DNA of 64,000 bases from Styela clava (Eukaryota), in NCBI RefSeq assembly GCF_964204865.1, contig NC_135253.1, forward strand, positions 6,944,001-7,008,000, given 5' to 3'. The translations under genes and the position numbers were made by a program. Below the pieces are notes generated by a model. It was not told the origin of the DNA. It saw only the letters and a list, made by a program, of their open reading frames with translations, and did no database searches. Shown in pieces: positions 39,640 through 51,561 of this stretch (position 1 is its first letter; each line of letters begins with the position of its first letter).

Positions 39640-41240
39640 TTAAGGGCATGCATGATTGCATTCTTTTTCACTCCCGAAATTATTGTCGTTTGCTTGGCAT
39701 CCGCCGTAATAAAATTTCTCGCATTTGCAGGTCTCTTTATTGAAAAACCATTTTGCGATTCTCGCTCTGCATACACCAACTTTTTTGGGTTGATAACATT
39801 TGCCTTAAAATGGCATATATATATTTTTATAAACAAGATTTTCACGCTTTTTGAGAATGCACCGATGAATTGCATGGTAGTTAAAACTATTATTATGCTA
39901 TCAAGTTTGTGTAAGTTATTGTGTAAGATTTCACAAAAAAACGTTCGCTGAAGCTAATAAAGTAATTAGATCGGGAATGTAAAATTTTAGTTGTTATTGC
40001 TCAGTTTAACAATTGTCTTACAATTTCATCGAAACCATGCTCTATTCTTGGCTTCATAGAACTGTAATTAGTTTTATCTAATTACCAAAAATTAAAATAT
40101 TCTTTCGATAATTGACTTTAATTAAAAGCAGCAGATCCGGATAATAACTTTTATGTGACGTATATTAGTGTCAAAAACATATATATTATACTTATTAAAA
40201 ATTGGATACTAGTTTCGAAATCACTTCCAAAAATCGTCACGTCATTTATTTTTAGCAAAACGATTCTTTAACACAAAATACAATTTGTTAACGTATTACC
40301 AAATGGGACTCATTTCTGTTGTCAACTACGTTAGAGATCCTATGCAGGAATTTGCATTCGTTTGAAATTCAGATTATATAGTAATTTTCCCAATCTGTTT
40401 CAACACATGAAATCGGAAAATTTCACAATTTACGAAAAAAAATTCAAATAATATATATTTTACTCGGACAAAAACTCTGGCATTTATACAAAGATCCGAA
40501 TTTATTCTTGTTTCCTCCACAACATCCCCATTCAAATTTTTCACATGAAGCTTCATCTACGTTGAAGTAGTACTTTGGACATATTCCATCGCAATAACCC
40601 ACATCTTTAGGCTCCTGACAAACTGTAAGATAAACAGTTCATTGTAGCTACTAGACTTGAATGGGTAATAATTTACCTTAGAGCAATTAAAAATAGGTTT
40701 TCAAAATTTGAATGCAATTGATTACAAACGTAGTGTCTGATTATAAAAATTGTTTTTCCTGTTAGATATTAACTTCGAATTTTATTGTTTTATATCAACT
40801 AACAACTTCTGTAACTCCCTTTAAGCGACGTAATTCATATTGTGTTTATAAAAAAAAGTATATCCCAAAGAACCAAAGAAGCCGTCGTCGGTATAACCGA
40901 CGTCAAATATCGGTAATTTATTTGTTCAACAAATTCTCCACAAAACGCGATGAACTCAAATTGCTACGAACACAATTTCAAATATACCATAGTTAATAAA
41001 TGTTAATAAATTTTGTTTAACATCAATGCAAGCTCCACTAAAACGCAATCTCAGATTAGTTCTAAAATTCATGAAAATGCATTTATTGCTCCTGTGTTAA
41101 AATACAAAAACATTGGTCAGCTACTTACTTTTGCACTTGCTCAAGTTAGGCCAATAGTTGAAATAGTAATATGCCGAAGATAGGTTGATCAATAGCATTA
41201 AAACGACCAATACTTGGCACGTGTTTCTAAACTCCCCCAT
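39640..41240 (-). CDS. KuE: secreted two-Kunitz-domain protein (P1 Asp, Arg)
   Basis: Exons 41240-41129 (MGEFRNTCQVLVVLMLLINLSSAYYYFNYWPNLSKCK), 40622-40464 (ICQEPKDVGYCDGICPKYYFN...CEKFEWGCCGGNKNKF...CQSFCP) and 39803-39640 (SKCYQPKKVGVCRARIAKWFFNKETCKCEKFYYGGCQANDNNF...CNHACP*). Its reading frame is absent from the ORF track. Confidence 0.88.
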
Positions 41241-44200
41241 TGTTGTTGCTTTCTCTACATTCGCAAACGTGAATGCCTAGAAATGAGTACGAATGTCGTC
41301 GTTGCATCAAGGTCCCCGAGCGAAAATCAGTTATCATTAAAAGTGAGAGAAGTTTATAAGATGTCACTTATAGATAAATGAAGTTATTATGCGTCATTTT
41401 ACTAATTTGACCTATGTATTTATATATAAGTATGTTGAATAATTGAGAATAATCTCTATAAAATGCTTCAATTATTCTGGTCAGAAAATATTATTAATAA
41501 TGAGTGTATTTTATTACAGTTAACACTTAAGGCGTACTCCAAACACTGATAATATTTTAATGACACTCAAGAGGTTGGATAAGCTAATACATAAATATTG
41601 ATATTTGTTCAAAAACAAGTTTTTTATTTAGAAATTAAGATTATCCGATTTTCTACCATTTTTGTATGTGCTTCAAAATCAGAAGTTCATCGAATTGGTA
41701 TTTTATCAAAATTACTTTTACAAGTTACGCATTCGGACACAAAACTAAATAGATTACAGGAATAGGTAGTAGTTTTCGCAACAGCATTTGACGTATATTT
41801 CATTCTATTTATGACTATCTAATTTAAAGTCATTTGAAAAATTGACAGTTTTTCTTTATGAGCGTTTTATGGCAAAACGTCTTCGATAATTTTATCTAAA
41901 ACATGTTTTTTTATCAAATACAACACACTCACTACAAATCAAATGTTTGACAAAGACCTTATGTAAATTGTAGATTTTGCTGAAATTATTGCACACGAAA
42001 TGTACATATGTATCGTTTTTATATTTTTATGTTGTTTTGTAGTTCTTTTTTATTGTTGGTATTTTTCTTTACACTGCTATGAAAAAATCCTTTTCTCATT
42101 AACTACTGACTGGACCAATTGTCAGTGGTTAAAGATTGCATTTCTCACTAGAAGGCTACTTCTATTTATTCATTTAAAAACTTTCTGTGGGCTTTATGTG
42201 ATTCGTATTTTAATTCGAAATTTTGTGTAATGACCTTTTCAAAACTAAGAAAACTTATTTGTTGCGGTTATGCGACTTCTCTCGGGCTACGAGAAAGTCG
42301 GAAGTTGGCTCACCCTACCGTGCAGTAGACTAGGTGAGGTAAGTTAATTAAACCACTGTTTCGCTCTGGTCTCCGTGTGCATATATTTGAGCATCGATTC
42401 GTTGTTGTTATTATGATTGGAACAATAATGACAGAGAAAGAGAAATCTGGAAAACTTCTATTTTGCATTGACATTAATATTTATTGTCTGTTTTTTATGA
42501 ATGATATTTCGTAATCATGGATTTTTTCACATGATGATTGCTAGAAAATTGTCGCTACAAAATCAGTCATAAGGATCAGATTTTATAAGAAAAATAAGAA
42601 ATTATGAGCGCTTAAAATAATTTCATATTTGTTGGTGTTTCGATATATTTTATATTTGAATCTAGGATTTAATTTGGCGATATTTGATAGTAACCTATAC
42701 AAAGCAAAGTGTGATGGTTCTATGACCGAAATACAGACTACCGATTCTTCAAAAAATTATTGATACTACTTAGTGACTAGTAACTTAGTAACTAGTGATA
42801 CTACTTAGTTTTGGCCATGGTGATGTCCATATATTTAAGCAGTGCTTTCCTGTTTTGAAAATAGTATAATTTGACTGATACATTTACTTCTCTTTCACAT
42901 TTCCCCTTATCTCCAATATTAACACACACAGATCGATATGCTATGAGAATTATATTAAATAACTTGTCACCAATAAAAACATTAATTGTTAAAACCGTTT
43001 CACATGCTTTTACAAACGCAAATATATTAAATGCTTAATTTCATTTTTTTTTGTATATACCCATTTTGATGAGTGAGAACGGGCTACGCAAAATTTAACT
43101 TTAACAGTTTTCTTCTAGTGTCGTGACATGTTCATGACGTACATGAAATTAAACCAACCAAAAGGAACAAAATTAACAGCAGCCCAATCCCCCAACTTTA
43201 ACAAAAAAAAATTTTTTAACAAATCCCCACCGTGGTTTGCGATAAGACAAGACGATAAGTTTATTTATTGTCTAAAATATAACCATCAATATTAAAAAAA
43301 ACTCATAAATAATTCTATAATAAAACACAAAGCCATTTCATTTTTATTAATTTTTGTTGTTCATCAACAATTGCAATAAATGTATAGTTATCCATTGGTT
43401 AAACCCATTAGAACCGTCCGAAATGAGCACTGCCTTTTAAATGGTACAATTGATATTCCGTATCTTAATTAAAAACAAACAGCTTGATTATTTGATTATA
43501 GGTAACAATATGAGAAAATGCTACGCATAAAATTTTTTAATTTTTAATAAGCTTTAGAGAAGATATCGGTACCTAAAAGTACTGTTCATACTTTCTACTA
43601 TTCATTAACTTATCACTGATGTGTGTAAAATGCATTTTTGCTTCTTGTTTTGTAATGTATTCATTCTAATTTCGCTTCTAACTATGGTCATTATAAGCAA
43701 TTCCCAATTTATATATATATATATATATATATAATTCCCATTAAGTATGTTTCAACATAATAATTTATATCCAATTGTGTTTAATTTATTGCTTCTCTTT
43801 ATTGCTTCAAATTAGAGCGTAGAGAAGTCACGAACATCAAATACTCAAAAAAAATCAATTAAAATATTAATTTAAAAAATATAAATATAAAAAACATATT
43901 TGAATCATTTTCGAATGTTTTGGTTGGATTCAAATATCGAGTTACATTATTTTGCCATTGCAAGCAGGAATGACATTTTATTTCAAAAGCGCAAAAATCA
44001 ATTGTTTACCTGTTATAAGGTTACTATTTACCCTAGTGCTGGCTATATATTACTCTTGACGCAGAATGAAGAATAACAAATGTTTAAATATTCATGGAAA
44101 TACACGACAACAACCTTCTTAAAAGCGCCGAATAAAATCGCACAGCAGGAGACTTTTTGTTTGCGAAATGGAAATCATTTTAGAAAAGTCTATTGAGAGG

Positions 44201-44424
44201 AGGTAGCCAGCTCGCATGAATTGTACGGAACATGAAATCGACGCTTATCTTTGTGTAAAATATGCCACAAGTGGGCGTGTTATAAAAGAGATAAAATTAG
44301 CGACACCAATTAATTAGTCGTTTAATAATAGGTCCTAATAGATGTTAAATTTTTTTGACTTATTGTAAGTGTGAATGCTTCAGTTGAAACATTATCTAAC
44401 GATTATATTTGACCTACGTGGAAG

Positions 44425-47400
44425 ATGGATGAAGGAACCAAATTATCGCAATATGCTAAAAACACTACAGACTTCTATACACCGTAAGATGGATATTACA
44501 ATGAACTACATTTTTGATTTTTTTCTGATAAAAATGCGTTGATTTTTGATAATTACTTATTTGGATGTCGCGTAACTATATTTATTGTCATTTTTACTTT
44601 AATCTTGTTACATTTGAATACAAATTTCAGTGGATTGTATTAAGGGCGTTTAAAAAAGGATTTTCCCACCAATGAAATTACGGCGCGTATTATTTTCAGT
44701 CACTATCTTGCTTGCATGCTGTATACCAAATATTAGAAAAGTAATCAAACAGGTTTTCCAATCTATGAAAGCTCCGACTCTGTCAAACTTCAATAATGAG
44801 GACAACAATTTATCAATGAATTTTATCATTTATTTTAAATATTACGGATCTTTGCACAAAATATTGACTTTGATCTAGATTTGATCTGCTGCCATTCAAG
44901 TGATACAATTGCAGGCTGAATAAGAATTTCAGATAATATGCTTACAAAATAATCAAGTTTTTTCCTAAGATTTTGTTAATTTTTTCTAAGACCTTATGTT
45001 TGTGAGGTTCGGTATTATGAAATTGTATAAAAAAATCTTCTTTCAAATATATCAAAAATTAGCTATACATAGCGTAATCCGCAATGAACTTTTGACGTCA
45101 GTGCAAACACAAAAAACGTCTTCGATTTGAACTATTTTTTAATTATTAAACAGAGGTATTATTTCCTGCATAATTAATTGCTATTCAATACTTTTCACGC
45201 CATATGAAAAAGAAATTTAATAATTTACTTCTGGGAAAGACTGATATCGAGAAAAATATTGTTGTTGCTTAAAATTGCGTAGTCTCGTCGTACTTTATCG
45301 AATTTTATTATATTAAATCAAAGAATAGAATTAGCAGATGAAATAAAATTATTATATCATACTCATGCTCGTAAATACTCATGCGTAGATAAGCGGTATA
45401 ACGTACATATATTTCTTATTAAAATTTTTCTCATTACGTGTTCTAATTTATGTGTAAGCTACAAACTGATATAATTATTTTAGTAAGTTAATTTTATTCA
45501 GGTTGATGTACAAATTATTCACAGATAGAGAACTTATTCCCATCTTCACTTTTCTTGGTTTCTCTACAATATTTGGAACGGTTGCAAACGGAATCACATT
45601 CATGGTTATACATAAAATGAAAAAGTGAGTAATATATTGAAAAACATTGTAATACATTGAATCCAATTTAAAGGTAATTTAACGCTATCAATGCTCATTA
45701 TATTTTTAAGTTTATACGTTTTATAGTAATAAAAGGATTTTGTAAAAAAAAATTTCCATGCTTTTATTGTAATTTTTTTCATCAAACGTATTTTCATTTA
45801 AGCTTTTTGAGTACATGACAACAGCACAGAAAAATTCGTTGTTTACAATGAATACTCATTCTCCGAATATTTTAATTGTTGTGACGCAAATTTTCAGCTA
45901 CTTGCCATTGCAGTTTGTGAGGTTTTTCATCAATAAATAACTATAAACTTGTTTCACTAGTTTATACCTAACCTGATCTTCACTGTAAACAAGTCTATTA
46001 ATATTGAATAATACGAATTATAATTTATGGTAGCCTAATTATGAAAATAAGCTTGATGGAGTTAGAAACTACTGGCATCGAATTTGAATTTGAAATTGAA
46101 TAGAACTAGATATAGAATGTTAAAATTGACTATATACATAATAGGAGACACAAGCTGCGTCGTCGAATAAAATTTAATGATTATAAACACTGTGATAATG
46201 ATGCGCACAAAATAATGACAAAAAATGGTGGAACAAACACTTGTTAAGTTTGGGCCAGCAGGCAAAATCAATAATTCAACATTTACTTTAAATTCAGAAT
46301 AATCGTCACTGTTTAGTTATTATAGCTTTCTATTTCAGGACGGCTTTCAATATATTTATAATGAGTCTTTGTGTGTCGGACTTCCTTTCTTCAATAAACA
46401 GTTCATTTATGACTTATCGGTCATTAAAAGGATTTGACGATTATAGACTTCCTTTGGCATTCTGTAAGGTAAGAATACATACTAATGGAACCATACACTG
46501 CTGAGTATTCATTCAAGTCACCACGCCTAAGAATACAAATAATAGTAATACTATAAAATAATATTTAAGTGTTCTCACAGCAGACACAGACTTTGGTAAT
46601 GCCGATTTATTTATGAGTTGTTTTTTTAACATTTAATCACATTCAACGATAACCGATACATGTAGTTATAACACATACGCTAGGCGTACTCACACTTGAA
46701 TTGGATCGGAGCCAGTTTCTGGTACTCGATTTTTATGAAATTAGAGCGTGAAAAGGTGTACTCAATAAACACCAAAAATAAAAAAAATAAATAATGGTGC
46801 TTCAATTTCTTCGTCAAATTTTTCTCAAATAACTATAAGAGAAGTTGCTACAAATCTATTTATTTTTTTTATTCAAATTTCTTCTGGGTTTTATTTCACC
46901 CAAAATTTTGCCATTACATTTTAATGAAATTGAAGATTTTTTTTTTATTTCTGGTGCGCCACGTTCACTGATTTTTCTTTCTAAAAATTTGGTGCTTTCA
47001 GAACTTAACGTACCAATACCGATACACTACTTCGTGTCCATGTGTTTGAAAATTTGTATCCTGATTTAACTTGATTTATCACTTGTTTTTTGTTACGTAA
47101 AACTAGCTCGGAATAGCCGTGGATTTTTGGACGTCAATATCAACAATTCAACATATTTTGATCTTCAGTTGTTTACGTTTTTATTGCGTCAAATTTCCCC
47201 ATCGATACGGGAACGTGACAATTAGAAAATCAAAGGTAGTCAATAATTTTACTTCACAGCTGGTTGCCTAAATATTCATTAAAAAGCAAACGTGCACTCG
47301 CATTGTATGTGCAATTTTTATAGTCAATTGCCTAAAACATTTTTTAATTCTAAAATGTACCCCTATTCAAATTTACGATGAGATAAAAAATGATAGGAAG

Positions 47401-49476
47401 AAGGAAAGCAGAGGGCTTGCTTTGTTTGTCAAATTTGTTTTGATTGAACAATTGGCAATTAAAAGACAATAGAATATTTGAAATATCAATATCAAAAAGT
47501 GACTGCTCGTTAATACTTTTTTGTCAACTATGTGGAGATATAATACACAATGAATTTTTTTTGTTTGTCATAGTTCGAGACTAAATGTACATATCATTTT
47601 TCAGTGCTTAATTCTGACAGTGTGGGCAGAAACAATGTTAGTAGGATTTGTTGTTTACTTATGTTGGCCTGGATTCGAATATATTGATGACTCGAGTCCA
47701 GTTAGATACAAATGTGATATGACAGAAATATGGTAAGTACATGCCCAAGAACAGCTTTGTTCTTGTTGCTGTGTTAAATCTTTGCCGTTTTTCTTGGCGC
47801 CTTATTACTGTAAGGCTAAGCGATAGTCGCATTCTCGTTTCTTGCCTTTTCTATCTCAATGTCCCTGATTTCGTTGCTGTAGGCTTTCATAACGATTGTT
47901 TACCACATTATATAGTGACGTAATAATGAATTCGTTGTGCATATGGAAAAACTAAATTTTTCGTGTGGCCCAGCTAGATGTCTAAAGTTGGTAATATGGC
48001 CCGCCGACAAAACATGTGGCACACCCCTAGTATAGAGTATTTGGGTATATTGTAAAATACGAATCACCAACACTCAACTCTATATTATGTAGTATATATC
48101 TTTCCAAATTAACTAATACACTACATGTGTTAATTTCTGAATTTTAAACATCATATTATAATTTCACTGGTATTTACAGGGCACCAACAATGTTTTGGTA
48201 CGCCATGGTTGCGTTTCCTATTCTAATATACGCACCGATGATCTTGATTATGTTTGTATGTCTGGCTATTGCAATTGTGTTGATACATCGCAAAAGAAAA
48301 TTACGTCACAGTATGTTTTTTTGTTATTCTATGTTTCATATGTCCACGTATTTATTTGTTCGTCCGTTCTTCCAGTTTACTAGTGCAAAAGAATGCATAA
48401 ACGGTTTTCAAAGAGGTACTCAGAATGTTCACTCTTTATGAAACACAATTAGAATCTTAGGTAATAATTGAAATTAAGGTATGCAAGATTTTATCATAAA
48501 CTTTTATAAATATTTCTGACGTATTCAGAAACGATAATATACCATCCATCTGTATGAGTAAATAATGTTTGCTTTTAGTTCGAAGTGACAGAAACGATTT
48601 CAGGAAAAGTGAAAGATTCGCTTTAATTCAACTCGCTTTGATTGTCGTGTCATTTTTACTCGGATATTCAGCTGATGTGTGTAAGATTTTTATTTTTTTA
48701 TCATGCCTGTTGATGACAAGTTGATTAAAACTTTTTTACTATTCAGCATATAGAGTTACAGCCATTGCTTCTATTCAACGAGGAAAACCACTTTTAGTCG
48801 AAACGGAAGTTGTATTCAGTCTTGTCTCTCACTGCGTTTTACGATTGTCAGAATGTTTGAATCCGATATTTTACAACTTTGCTTCGAGGTAAACATATTA
48901 AAATTGAAAATGGCTTACTAATAATTTCTAAGAAAAATTAGTAACTTGGTGAACAACTTTCAAACAATTCTGCTAAAAGAATAACAGGTTGGCTGTTACC
49001 CATATACGTACAGCATTTTGAGGAAGAATAATCATCGATACTTGGATGTTTGGTTGATGCCTCCACCAATGCATTTATTTTAGTAGTATTTCAAAGTTTT
49101 TAGTATCAAACAGTTTTAAGTCTGATCGGACGTGGCAACCTTTTGTTCTTACGTAATCTTACATCAAATTATTCGAACAGAAGATATTAATTTCTATATA
49201 AATTTATTTACCCCTTAGTACATTAGTAATTTATTTAAGTATAACTTCATAAAACATGAGGGTCTATCTATAGTTCGTTGTCACCAATTATATAGATGTT
49301 CACAATCACTTTGTTAATTTTATTAATCTGTAATTCTCTACAGTGAACTTCGACATGCTACTGTGAATTTCCTGAGTGGAGGCTGTCGCATGACATCACA
49401 TACGTTTAACCGGAATGTTGGCATCCAAGCAAGAGCATCAAGAATCAATAGCATTTCAGTATCAACGCCATTGTAA
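44425..49476 (+). CDS. Orphan class A (rhodopsin-like) 7TM GPCR, 358 aa, 9 exons
   Basis: Exons 44425-44483, 45502-45624, 46339-46468, 47107-47235, 47605-47732, 48180-48310, 48579-48680, 48747-48888 and 49344-49476 join in frame (1077 nt). Motifs: TM1 GTVAN, TM2 NIFIMSLCVSD, FCK at the start of TM3, FSCLRF at the DRY position, TM4 Trp, ECL2 Cys, TM5 Pro, TM7 ECLNPIFY, and an N-terminal sequon NTT. Confidence 0.9.
47960..48029. mobile_element. hAT MITE end fragment in GPCR intron 5
   Basis: TGTGGCCC...ATGGCCCGCCGACAAAACATGTGGCACACCCCTA resembles a Charlie-type terminus. The other end was not found. Confidence 0.4.
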
Positions 49477-50498
49477 TATGAGCTTGATAACGTTTAAAGT
49501 GTGCAATTTTGCTAATATTAACAAAGAACTAGTCATTAACTTTCACGAACACGAAAACTTGTTTCACTGGACCTATTAATAACTGAGAATATATGCTAAG
49601 TGTGCTACAACAATGTCACCAGAATAAATTACCATAAACAATTGATTTTATTCGTTTTCGCAGTTTCGCGCTATGGAATTTAGTGTCAATTCATGTATTC
49701 TATGTCTATTTAAATGTCAATTAAACTAGTCACCAATTTTTTTGTTTGGAATATAAATAGAAAGATCTACAACACAGTAAGGTATGTCGGAATATTCAGA
49801 ATATGTTTTGAAGTGAGCCCTATTGTCAAAATAATTTTTATGCTTTCGATTGTGACTTATAGTAAGCGCCAATTTATCATTCATTTCGCCGCTATTTATA
49901 ACTACGATTTGCCTTCTTCGTGTTCGATATTTACGGTATACAGACTTTTCGAACCTGACGATGCGGCCCACGCAAGCTCGAGTGCGTAAATAAGTTTATC
50001 AGCAGTGCAATTTCAGGGATTGACTATTTCATCGATAAAAGTGATTTATTCTGTAGGAATTAATTTAAAAGCAAGCTGAAGACACTTTATCTAAATCTCA
50101 CCAATATAACGTGCAAGCTAAACTAACAAGCAAACTAATACATCGAATATTTCTAGAAATTATAAGAGTGCATTTTCTACAAGTAAATAATAATATTGTG
50201 AATATGATGTCTAAAATAGTTATTAAAGATTTCACTGTAACAATGCAAAATTGACGAACTGTTAAAATATATTCAAGCAACGTTTGGATTTTATTACAAA
50301 TGGAACATAAGAAATGACTTTAATAAAAACTGTATATTTCATATTGTTGTGCTTAACACCATGTTTTTTACTGTATTAGGATTTTCCAAAAATTAAAAGG
50401 CGTAAATATTGACAATGGTGATGAGCGTCTCTCATTAGGCAGTTCTCTTTTTGACCTTTCTCTTTGATTCTTTCTAAGCATTTCAGAAATTTAATTTG

Positions 50499-51561
50499 TT
50501 ACCACCAAGTTCGTTCTTCCTTCAGTCTGCAATGACCTGAATTTATAAAATCAAATCCATTGTGAAAAATAAATAGGAAATGAATAGGGGTGAACGAATA
50601 AAACAAGGAAAAATTTAATTTCTCTGCAATAGAAATATTTATAAATATTTTTCAAAAATTATATACTTTTCCTAAGATAAATACTAAATTTCTATATTTT
50701 TAATTGGACTTCCCTGTGGTCAAGCTTTACGTGTAGTGCAAAAATATTCATCAACTTTCGACTACTACTTGTAACAAATAATGGTGAGTTGACAGTTGGC
50801 TTTTAGATTAAAACTTATAAACCGATTTTATGGCTATGACTAGTGTAAAGTAGTATTTCAGAAGTTTATCTTTCAATAACGATTAAAAATGCATCAATTT
50901 TACCTTCAAATGTTTCGAATTTTACAAACGTATAGAACAGCTACGATATATATATATATATATATGAAACTATTCTTACCACATGACTCCCAACAATTGT
51001 CGGCGGTTTTAAATTTATTTGCATTTCCCATACATCCCCCATAAAGGAAGGGCATGCATCTTTGATTTTTTATGTCGTAATACCATCGTCTGTAGAATCC
51101 TCTGCAAAATCCTTCTTCTTTTGGTTGGTGGCATCCTGAAGGAATACATAGGAAGGAATAAAAGTTTAAAAAAAATAATATTGCAATAGAGGTAAAGCAT
51201 GAAGTTGTGATGACTATAATACGACGACTCGTGTAATAGCTATATATTTTGGACTGTTGTATACATATTTCCATTGACTGAAAGAGAAACTGTAGGCAGG
51301 AATTGAAAAAATTAAGATCTGTTTTAACAATAATATCATCAAGTTAAATAAATATTCCATATACATACTTGAACAGTCGGCTAGTTCTTCTCGTTGGTAG
51401 GCAGCATTGCCAAAATACTGACCATTACCATAATTGTTATAGTTGTTGTCATTGTCAATATTTCGATATAAGCTTCGACGAAAACTGTTGAACCATGAAC
51501 CCTGAGACTGTGCTACAACAGCAACTAGAACACTAGCAAACAAAATCCAACGCAAAGCCAT
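50499..51561 (-). CDS. KuF: secreted Kunitz protein with Asn/Tyr/Gly-rich N-terminal segment (P1 Arg)
   Basis: Exons 51561-51369 (MALRWILFASVLVAVVAQSQG...EELADCS), 51135-50980 (RCHQPKEEGFCRGFYRRWYY...YGGCMGNANKF...CWESC) and 50536-50499 (GHCRLKEERTWW*). Introns are phase 1. Confidence 0.85.

Noticed and set aside
44630-45915. Exon-like hydrophobic stretches at ~44630-44740 and ~45803-45915 in GPCR introns
   Set aside because: They have stops or the wrong phase. The receptor is complete and in frame without them.
48747-48888. Opsin identity for the GPCR
   Set aside because: Position 7.43 is Arg, not the Lys needed for a retinal Schiff base.
51228-51290. Possible extra KuF exon (MEICIQQSK...)
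   Set aside because: The available acceptors put it out of phase with exon 1 or lead to a stop. Direct splicing of 51369 to 51135 is in frame.
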